Shown: in pieces, positions 1 to 7,105 of the stretch
Numbering within the stretch: position 1 is the stretch's first letter
Layout of the letters: each line of letters starts with the position of its first letter
From: an uncultured Fibrobacteraceae bacterium
GTDB taxonomy: Bacteria > Krumholzibacteriota > Krumholzibacteriia > LZORAL124-64-63
Assembly (NCBI GenBank): GCA_964420395.1
Contig: CAYQTJ010000002.1
Coordinates: forward strand, 5,248 to 69,247
Direction: 5' to 3'
DNA length: 64,000 nucleotides
Notes under the pieces: generated by a model
What the model saw: only the letters and a program-made list of their open reading frames with translations
Database searches by the model: none
What the model was told of the DNA's origin: nothing
Program-made: the position numbers and the translations under genes

Positions 1-2419
1 CGCCGCCGGCGGCGAGCTTCTGGAACTCGTTGCGGAACTCGTTCAGGGCCGCGCCGGTGACGGCGGTCTGCACCGATGACGAGGCCACGAACATGGTGCG
101 GGCGCCGTCGTAGGCGAAGGAGCTGCGCGCGCCGTAGGTGTAGCCGTTCTTCTCCCTGAGGTTCTGCATGAGGCGGCTGGTGAAGCTGCCGCCGAACAGG
201 GTGTTGATGCAGGCGCGGGTGGCGCGGTCGGCCCCTTCGGCTGGCGGCACGGCGCGCAGCAGGTAGATCACGGTCTGGGGGGCGCCGGGACGGTCGACCA
301 TCGCCACGCGGGTGGTGGCGGGGGCGGGCGGGGCGACCGGCGGCAGGGGGGCGTCGTTGCCGGCGCCCTTCCACTTGCCGAACCGTTTCGCCAGCGCGGC
401 CTCGAGCTGGGCGCGGGTGCAGTCGCCGGCGAAGACGAAGCGGGCGCGCGACGGGTCGAGCAGGCGCGGGGCGGCGCTCTTCACGTCGGCGGGGGTGATC
501 GCTTCGACGGTCGCTTCGTAGCCCTCGACGGGCCGGCCGCGGGGATCGTCCCGTCCGTACAGCAGCGCCCCGCCCGCCAGGCGGGCCACGGCGACCGGCT
601 CGTCCGAACGGGCGGCGATGCGCGCCTTCGCCAGGCCCTTCTCGCGGTTGAAGTCGTTGTCGGACAGGGTGGGGCGCAGGATGGCGTCGGCGAAGAGGTT
701 GAGGGTCGGTTCGAGCTTCGAGACCAGGCCGCTCACCGTGACCGTGACGCTCTCGCGACCGGGCTGGGCGGCGACGCGGGCGCCGAGCGCCTCGACGGCG
801 GCCGCGTACCCGGTGGCGTCCTTGCCGGCGGCGCCGCAGGTGAGCAGGGTGGCGGTGAGGGCGCCGAGGCCGGCCTTGTCGGCCGGCAGGAGGCGCTCGC
901 CTCCGGCGGCGAGCAGCGTTCCGGCGAACAGGCCGGAGCCGGGGCGCGGCAGGAAGTCGACCGCGATGCCGTTGGGCAGCTTGAAGCTCTCCACCGCGGG
1001 GGCGGTGAACGGGCGCGGCGCGAACAGCGGCGGCTTCCGGTCGAGGCTGGCGGCGGCCACGGCGGCGTCGGCCGGCAGGACGCGCAGGTCGGCGCGGCCG
1101 GGGCCGAAGACGGCGCGGGCGGCGTCGCGCACGGCGGCGGGGGTGAGCGCGGTGTAGCGGGCGAGATCCTGCGCGAAGCCGTCGGCGCGGCCGAAGTAGT
1201 GGTAGTAATCGGTCATGGCGAGGGCGCGGCCGAGCACGCTCTCGGCGCGCTGGCGGAAGCCGGCCTCGTACTGCGCCTGCAGGCGGGCCAGCTCCTCGGC
1301 GGTGGGGCCGTCGCGCGCGAGGTCGTCGAGCACGGCGAGAGTCTCGCGCTTGATCTCCTCGAGGTCGGCGCCGGGGGCCGCCGTGACCTCGATCTGGAAG
1401 AGGGAGCCGAGCTCGCGGTCGTCGAGGTAGGCGGCCACGTCCTGCGCCAGCTGACGGTCGATCTTGAGCCGCCGGTCGAGGCGGGCCGACGGGCTGCCGG
1501 CGAGGATCCGCGCGGCGAAGGCCATGGCGGCGCTGCCGTCGGCGTAGGCGGCCGGCGCGTGCCAGGCGAGGTACAGCTTCGGGAACTCCACCTTGTCGGT
1601 GATGAGGCGGCGCACCTCGGCGCGCATCGTGTACGGCTCCACGACGGCGTGCTGCGGCACCGGGCGCGCCGGCACGGCGCCGAACGTCGCGGCGATCGCC
1701 GCGCGCGCCTGCGCCGGATCGAAGTCGCCGGCCACGGTGATCACCGCGTTGCCCGGCACGTACCAGGTGTCGAAGAAGTCCTTCACGTCCTGCAGCGTGG
1801 CGGCCTGCAGGTCGGCGTGGGCGCCGATGACCGGGTGATAGTAGGGGTGCCCCGCGGGCCAGAGCATCTCCGGCAGGATCAGCTCGGCGGCGCCGTACGG
1901 CGCGTTCTCGTACGACTGGCGCCGCTCGTTGCGCACGACGCTGCGCTGCAGGTCGACCTTCTCCTGCGTCATGTTCTCGCCGAGCGCCTGGAGGCGGTCG
2001 GCGTCGAGCCAGAGCAGCGTGGGCAGCGTCTCGGCCGGGCCGAAGCTGTAATATCCGGTGCGGTCGTTCGACGTGAAGGCGTTGTTCTCCGCCCCCTCCG
2101 ACTCCATGATCATGTCGAACTGGTTGCCCGGCACCCGCTTCGTCCCCATGAACATCAGGTGCTCGAACAGGTGCGCGAAGCCGGTCCGCCCCGGCGCCTC
2201 GTCCTTCGCCCCCACGCCGAAGCGGGTGGCGATCACCGCGACCGGCAGCCGGTGGTCTTCCTGCAGGATGACCGTCAGGCCGTTGGGCAGGGTGTAGGTC
2301 GAGGTCGGGAAGGGGGTGGCGCCGGCCGGCGGCGCGGGCTGCGGGGCGGTGGCGGCGAAGGCGGCGCCGGCGACCAGGAGCATCGCCAGGACGGCCGGCA
2401 ATCGGACGGTTCGCGACAA
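1..2419 (-). CDS. M16 (pitrilysin/insulinase) family zinc peptidase, two-domain. The C-terminus runs off the left edge of the window.
   Basis: Reverse translation gives a signal peptide (LSRTVRLPAVLAMLLVAGAAFAA), then GFAHLFEHLMFMGT, the inverted HxxEH zinc motif of M16 peptidases. A TTG start at 2419 follows AGGAGG; an alternative ATG is at 2383. The 414-aa plus-strand ORF 1199..2443 is its antisense artefact. Confidence 0.8.
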   Translation of the reverse strand, partial: MSRTVRLPAVLAMLLVAGAAFAATAPQPAPPAGATPFPTSTYTLPNGLTVILQEDHRLPVAVIATRFGVGAKDEAPGRTGFAHLFEHLMFMGTKRVPGNQFDMIMESEGAENNAFTSNDRTGYYSFGPAETLPTLLWLDADRLQALGENMTQEKVDLQRSVVRNERRQSYENAPYGAAELILPEMLWPAGHPYYHPVIGAHADLQAATLQDVKDFFDTWYVPGNAVITVAGDFDPAQARAAIAATFGAVPARPVPQHAVVEPYTMRAEVRRLITDKVEFPKLYLAWHAPAAYADGSAAMAFAARILAGSPSARLDRRLKIDRQLAQDVAAYLDDRELGSLFQIEVTAAPGADLEEIKRETLAVLDDLARDGPTAEELARLQAQYEAGFRQRAESVLGRALAMTDYYHYFGRADGFAQDLARYTALTPAAVRDAARAVFGPGRADLRVLPADAAVAAASLDRKPPLFAPRPFTAPAVESFKLPNGIAVDFLPRPGSGLFAGTLLAAGGERLLPADKAGLGALTATLLTCGAAGKDATGYAAAVEALGARVAAQPGRESVTVTVSGLVSKLEPTLNLFADAILRPTLSDNDFNREKGLAKARIAARSDEPVAVARLAGGALLYGRDDPRGRPVEGYEATVEAITPADVKSAAPRLLDPSRARFVFAGDCTRAQLEAALAKRFGKWKGAGNDAPLPPVAPPAPATTRVAMVDRPGAPQTVIYLLRAVPPAEGADRATRACINTLFGGSFTSRLMQNLREKNGYTYGARSSFAYDGARTMFVASSSVQTAVTGAALNEFRNEFQKLAAGG

Positions 2420-2554
2420 GTCGGGCCTCCTCGGGTGCGGTGAAGCGGTTGCGGGCGGCCCGCGGGCGGGCCGGGGGACAAGATAGGCCCGTTCCTACGG
2501 GAAAGTCAGCCCCGGCGTTGCGCCGGCCGGACTTTCCGCCGCCCAGCCGGATCC

Positions 2555-2600
2555 CGGACAAAAAGGAGGCGGCCGACCTCTCGCCAGGGCCGGCCGCCGG
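2555..2600 (-). terminator. Putative rho-independent terminator downstream of sppA
   Basis: On the minus strand, an 8-bp GC stem (GGCGGCCG/CGGCCGCC, around 2568-2598) is followed by TCCTTTTTGTCC. The loop is rather large (about 15 nt). Confidence 0.4.
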
Positions 2601-2697
2601 GTTGCGCCCACCGTTGGGGGTGGGGGCGCAGGGACTGAGTGGAACCGTCAGGAGGAGTCCATGAGATTCAAGCGCTTGCCCTTCTACGAAGGAGGGG

Positions 2698-4485
2698 TCA
2701 GTCGAGTTCCCAGTTTTGTGCGAGCCGCAGCGGCGTGGCCGTGAGGAAGCGCCACGTGTCCCTTAACTCGCCATGCAGCAAGGAGTAAGCTGTCAGCCCC
2801 GCGGCCGGTCCGAGGGCCGATCCGCCGTCGCCCCGCCCCTCTTCGTCCCGATCCCCGCCCAGCAGGGACGCCAGCAGCTCCTTCTTCACCGGGAAGTGCG
2901 CCACGGTGACCTTCCGGTCGGCCGGAACCCCGGCCAGCTCCCGCGCCACGGCGATCGCCCGGGTCAGTCCTCCCACCTCGTCGATCAGCCCGTTCGCCTG
3001 CGCCTGACGGCCGCTCCAGACCCGGCCGTGCGCCAGCTTCTCCGCCTCGGCGAAGTCGAGGCCGCGGTGGCGCGCCACGTCGGCGAGCCAGGCGTTGAAC
3101 CCGGCCCAGTGGTCGTCGGTGAACAGCTGCCACTCCCGCGGCGTGTAGTCGCGCGTGGCGGACTCCATGAGGGCGTTGGCCCCGAGCGTGTCGGCGGACT
3201 CGGCCACGCCGAGCCGGTCGAGCAGCCCCTTCACGTTGAACTTGCCGCTGATGGAGCCGATCGAGCCGGTCGTGGTGGAGGCGACGGCCACGATCTTCGA
3301 CGCCCGGTACGCCACGTCGTAGCCGCCCGACGCGGCCACGTCCACCATCGAGACGACCACCGGCTTCACTTTCGCAGTGATCTCCACCTCGTGACTGATC
3401 AGGTCGCTCGCCAGCGACTCGCCGCCGGGGCTGTCCACCCGGAAGACGATCGCGGCGACCTCCTTGTCGGCGCGCGCGCGGCGCAGCTCGCGGCAGACGG
3501 TTTCGTGCCCGATCATCGGGCCGAGCAGCGGATCGACGCGGCTCTCCCGGCCGCCGATCATGCCGTGCGCGTGGATGACGGCGATCGTCTGCTTCCCCTT
3601 CAGCCCCAGCTTCCCCGGCTTCACCTTCGCGTAGCGGTCCTGGGTCACGATGCGCAGGCGCGCGTCCTTCGGCTGCTTGAGGCGCGCTTCGAGGCCGTCC
3701 CAGTAGCAGACGCCGTCGATCATGCCGGCGGCGACCGCGTCCTCGGGCCGGAAGAGCGCGCGCGCCATCCAGGCGTCGATCGTGGGCCGCTCGATCCCGC
3801 GGTCGGCCGCCAGCGAGGCGGCGAACAGCTCCGACTTCTCGCGCAGCATCCAGAGGCGGTTCTCGCGCGCCTCGGGCGAGGCGTCGGTGCGCTGGACCAG
3901 CTCGGCGGCCGACTTGTAGTCCTTGATCTTGTGCAGGTTGTCGCGCACGCCCAGCTTGTCGAGGGCGCCGCGGACGTGCTGCGACACCGCCGCGAAGCCG
4001 GCGAACCGCACGTAGCCGGTCGGCGGCATGAACAGCGAATCGCAGGCGGCGGCGAGCGCGTAGACCGGACGGTCGAGCGAGTCGGCCCAGCCGTACACCC
4101 GCTTGCCCGCGGCCCGCAGCGCGAGCACCTGCTCGCGGATCTCCTGCAGCTTCGCGCTGCCGGCCCCGCAGTTGTCCGACAGCTTGAGGATGACGCCGTC
4201 GATCCGCTTGTCGACCCGCGCCTTCTCCAGGTCCGTGAGCACCCGCTGCAGCGTGGCCGCGTCGCCGCCCAGCACCGCCGCGGCCAGACCGTCGCCGGGC
4301 GCGTCGTACTCCGGCAGGGCGCCGTACAGGTCGACCAGGAGCCAGGAGTGCGCGCGGATCTTCCCCTGGCCGCCGCCGCCCGCCTTCACGAGCACCGCGC
4401 CGGCGATCAGCGCGAGCACGAGGGCGACGCCCAGGACCGTGGCCAGAAGCTGCGACAGGAAACCGCCGCGATCGTGATGGCTCAT
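2698..4485 (-). CDS. sppA: Signal peptide peptidase SppA (protease IV, 67K type)
   Basis: About 595 aa with an N-terminal TM segment and two ClpP/crotonase-like S49 repeats (...VAASGGYDVAY...). ATG at 4485 is preceded by GGGAGG. Confidence 0.85.
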   Translation of the reverse strand: MSHHDRGGFLSQLLATVLGVALVLALIAGAVLVKAGGGGQGKIRAHSWLLVDLYGALPEYDAPGDGLAAAVLGGDAATLQRVLTDLEKARVDKRIDGVILKLSDNCGAGSAKLQEIREQVLALRAAGKRVYGWADSLDRPVYALAAACDSLFMPPTGYVRFAGFAAVSQHVRGALDKLGVRDNLHKIKDYKSAAELVQRTDASPEARENRLWMLREKSELFAASLAADRGIERPTIDAWMARALFRPEDAVAAGMIDGVCYWDGLEARLKQPKDARLRIVTQDRYAKVKPGKLGLKGKQTIAVIHAHGMIGGRESRVDPLLGPMIGHETVCRELRRARADKEVAAIVFRVDSPGGESLASDLISHEVEITAKVKPVVVSMVDVAASGGYDVAYRASKIVAVASTTTGSIGSISGKFNVKGLLDRLGVAESADTLGANALMESATRDYTPREWQLFTDDHWAGFNAWLADVARHRGLDFAEAEKLAHGRVWSGRQAQANGLIDEVGGLTRAIAVARELAGVPADRKVTVAHFPVKKELLASLLGGDRDEEGRGDGGSALGPAAGLTAYSLLHGELRDTWRFLTATPLRLAQNWELD

Positions 4486-4621
4486 GACGGGAACCTCCCG
4501 GGGAAGGCGCGGCGCCGGCCGGCGGCCGGGGCGCGGTGGCGCGGGGGTGCGGGCGGGAGCATAACGCAGAAGCGCGCTGTGGGGTTGCCCGGGGAGCGCC
4601 GGTTGGTTACTGTGGGCGGCC

Positions 4622-5329
4622 ATGAAGACGATTATTGTCGGCGACATCCACGGCTGCTACGCCGAACTCCTCGCCCTGCTCGAAGCGGCCGGCATCGGGA
4701 CCGACGATCGCGTCATCGCCATCGGCGACGTTTCGGACCGGGGCCCCGAGTCGCCCGAGGTGCTCGAGTTCTTCCTGACCCGCCCCCGCACCACCTCGAT
4801 CATGGGCAACCACGAATGGAAGCACGGGCACGGCGTGTCCGGGCTGTCGCAGCGGATCACCCGCGCGCAGTGCGGCGAGGCGCTCTACGCGCGCGCCCTC
4901 GCCTGGATGCGCGAACGTCCGCTCTGGCTCGACCTGCCCGAGATCCTGCTCATCCACTGGGGGCTGATGCCGGGCGTGCCGCTGGCCGACCAGCACCACG
5001 CGGTCCTGATCGGCGAACCGGCCGGCGAGATGTCGCTCCGCGAGATGCTCGGCAACGAGGCGTGGTACGATGTCTACGAGGGTCCGAAGCCGGTCGCCTA
5101 CGGCCACCACTCGTGGGCCTCCGGCGCCCGCCGCGATCTCACCTACGGCATCGACACCGGCTGCGTCTACGGGATCTCCCTGACGGGGCTCGTCCTGCCG
5201 GAATTCCGCCTGGTGAGCGTGCCGGCGCGCGAGAACCACTGGGAAAAGGTGAGGGGCGAGTGGGAGCGGTCGCTCATGGAGGGGACGCGGCTGGCGGGCC
5301 AGCCGGCGGAGAACGACGACGAGACGTGA
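4622..5329 (+). CDS. Metallophosphoesterase (PrpA / ApaH-like Ser/Thr phosphatase family)
   Basis: MKTIIVGDIHGCYAELLALL...GDVSDRGPES...GNHEW: the canonical calcineurin-like GDxHG / GDxxDRG / GNHE motifs. Confidence 0.8.
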   Translation: MKTIIVGDIHGCYAELLALLEAAGIGTDDRVIAIGDVSDRGPESPEVLEFFLTRPRTTSIMGNHEWKHGHGVSGLSQRITRAQCGEALYARALAWMRERPLWLDLPEILLIHWGLMPGVPLADQHHAVLIGEPAGEMSLREMLGNEAWYDVYEGPKPVAYGHHSWASGARRDLTYGIDTGCVYGISLTGLVLPEFRLVSVPARENHWEKVRGEWERSLMEGTRLAGQPAENDDET

Positions 5330-5561
5330 GGCGTGGCCGGAGAGGGGGGCGGCGATGGGCACCGTGGGGCGACGGATCATCGACATGGACGTCGAGCAGC
5401 TGCTGAAGATGCTCAACGCGGCGTACGCGCATGATGGAACGCCGGGCCTGACCGCCATCCGTGGGTGATCGCCGCGCGCGGGCGGGGGCGGTTTGACTCC
5501 CCACCTTCCGGCCGATATCTTCGCCTTCGGGATTCACCCAGTATTCCGGAGGGATTTTCTC

Positions 5562-5879
5562 ATGCCTCAGTTCGAGCGTGGCGCCATCAAGGTCGAAATC
5601 GACGAGAACGGCTTCCTGACGGAGCCGGGCTGCTGGACGGAGCAGGTGGCGACGGCGTTCGCCGATGCCGAGGGGATCGGCGCGCTCACCGAGGATCACT
5701 GGAAGATCATGAACTACCTGCGGACCTACCATGCCCAGTTCGGCGTGGCCCCGATGATCCGCAAGTTGTGCAAGGAAACCGGCTTCTCGCTCGCGCAGAT
5801 CTACGAGCTGTTCCCGGCCGGCCCCGCCAAGGGGGCCTGCAAGGTGGCCGGGCTCCCCAAGCCGACCGGCTGCGTCTAG
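5562..5879 (+). CDS. dsrC: DsrC/TusE family sulfur-relay protein with both conserved C-terminal cysteines (DsrC-type)
   Basis: MPQFERGAIKVEIDENGFL...EDHWKIMNYLRTYHAQFGVAPMIRKLCKETGFS...GACKVAGLPKPTGCV*. The C-terminal arm has Cys at -2 and -12, as in DsrC. RBS GGAGGG lies 8 nt upstream of the ATG at 5562. The track ORF 5493..5879 extends upstream in the same frame. Confidence 0.8.
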   Translation: MPQFERGAIKVEIDENGFLTEPGCWTEQVATAFADAEGIGALTEDHWKIMNYLRTYHAQFGVAPMIRKLCKETGFSLAQIYELFPAGPAKGACKVAGLPKPTGCV

Positions 5880-5897
5880 CGCCGCGGGGCCGCCAAA

Positions 5898-5984
5898 CAG
5901 AAGCGCCGGAACCCTCGCGGATCCCAGCGCTTCCCGGAAGCGACAGGTCGCCCTCCTGTCGCCAGTTTCGAATATTACTAGACC
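5898..5984. repeat. Copy 1 of an ~87-bp direct repeat with an internal 9-bp stem hairpin (GGCGACAGG..CCTGTCGCC)
   Basis: cagaagcgccgg..gcgacaggtcgccctcctgtcgcc..gaatattac is repeated at 6101..6186 with about 85% identity. It lies between the convergent dsrC and a T9SS protein gene. Confidence 0.6.
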
Positions 5985-6100
5985 ACGGCGGCGGAAGCAA
6001 GGACAACCGTCCCAAAAACATCCCATTTTGACAAGTATACAATCAGCCATTCTTCGCCATGCGCGGGGCCGTGCCGCGGGCGGGCTGCGGCGGTCGCGCG

Positions 6101-6186
6101 CAGAAGCGCCGGGATCCTTGCGGACCCCGGCGCCCCCTGGCGGCGACAGGTCGCCCTCCCGTCGCCGGCCCTGAATATTACCGGGC
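6101..6186. repeat. Copy 2 of the ~87-bp direct repeat with internal hairpin
   Basis: Aligns base-for-base with 5898..5984. Its 3' end overlaps the stop region of the minus-strand gene 6178..6990. Confidence 0.6.
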
Positions 6187-6990
6187 CAGGACGGCCCGTG
6201 CGATCGCCATCCGCCCGGACGCATCGTGGAGGCGCAAGATATACAATCCGGCCGCCAACGGATCTCCGTCCCGGCCGATCGCGCGCCAGGGCACCGGAGC
6301 CATGTCCGGCTCCGCCCAGCCCGACCAGACCAGACCGACACTCCGCCCGCGCAGATCGAACGCCTCCACGCGGGCGGGCCCGGACACGCTGACGGCGGCC
6401 GACACCAGCGTGAGCGGGTTGAACGGGTTGGGCGACAGACCCAGCTGCGGCCCGTTCGGCGCCCGGGGCGGGTCGGGCGCCGGCACGAGGGCGGGATCCA
6501 CCACGCGCACCGTGGCGGGGGAAAGGGTGACGTCGGCGACGAGCATGGCGGCAGGATCGAAGAGGCGCGCCTCCACGGAGGCGATGGCCGCCAGGCCGCG
6601 CGCATCGCCCCGGAAGTCCCAGCGGAACAGCTCACCGGGGCCGGTCACCCAGCAGTCGGAGCCGATGGTCACGGCATAGCCGTGCCACGTGTCGGGCGCC
6701 GTCAGCTCGAATCCCTCCCAGACGTAGCAGGCCGCGCGGCCGTAGAGCGCCCCCTTCCCACCGCCGAGGCTGGAGAGCAGGGCGGGGTCGAAGCGCACCC
6801 ACACCTCGACCGTGCGCACGTCGAGAGGCTCGTCCAACCGGATCGACAGGCGGGACGAGTCGCCGAGCGTGATGCTCGTGTCGGACGGCGTGAAGCGCAG
6901 CGTGACGACGGCACCGGCCGGAACGGCCAACGCGGCGCAGAGAATCGCCGCGAGCAGCGCGATCGGTGCGGCCGGTCTCGACCAGGGCAT
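6178..6990 (-). CDS. Secreted protein with a T9SS-type / FlgD-Ig-like C-terminal sorting domain
   Basis: N-terminal signal peptide (MPWSRPAAPIALLAAILCAALAVPAGA). The C-terminus (LSPNPFNPLTLVSAAVSVSG.ARVEAFDLRGRSVGLVWSGW...GLYILRL) matches the Por/T9SS C-terminal sorting consensus. RBS GAAGGGAG. Confidence 0.7.
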   Translation of the reverse strand: MPWSRPAAPIALLAAILCAALAVPAGAVVTLRFTPSDTSITLGDSSRLSIRLDEPLDVRTVEVWVRFDPALLSSLGGGKGALYGRAACYVWEGFELTAPDTWHGYAVTIGSDCWVTGPGELFRWDFRGDARGLAAIASVEARLFDPAAMLVADVTLSPATVRVVDPALVPAPDPPRAPNGPQLGLSPNPFNPLTLVSAAVSVSGPARVEAFDLRGRSVGLVWSGWAEPDMAPVPWRAIGRDGDPLAAGLYILRLHDASGRMAIARAVLAR

Positions 6991-7105
6991 GGCACGCTCC
7001 CTTCGGGGAATCCCAACCGGACGGATGCATGATCGCGCCCCGCCGGCGCGGGCCAGGCCCCGGATGCGATCGTCCAGGACCCGGCTCCCGCGCGCGGCGC
7101 AGCGG

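Noticed and set aside
1199-2443. 414-aa plus-strand ORF
   Set aside because: It is the antisense of the M16 peptidase gene, with a low-complexity Gly/Arg/Ala-rich product.
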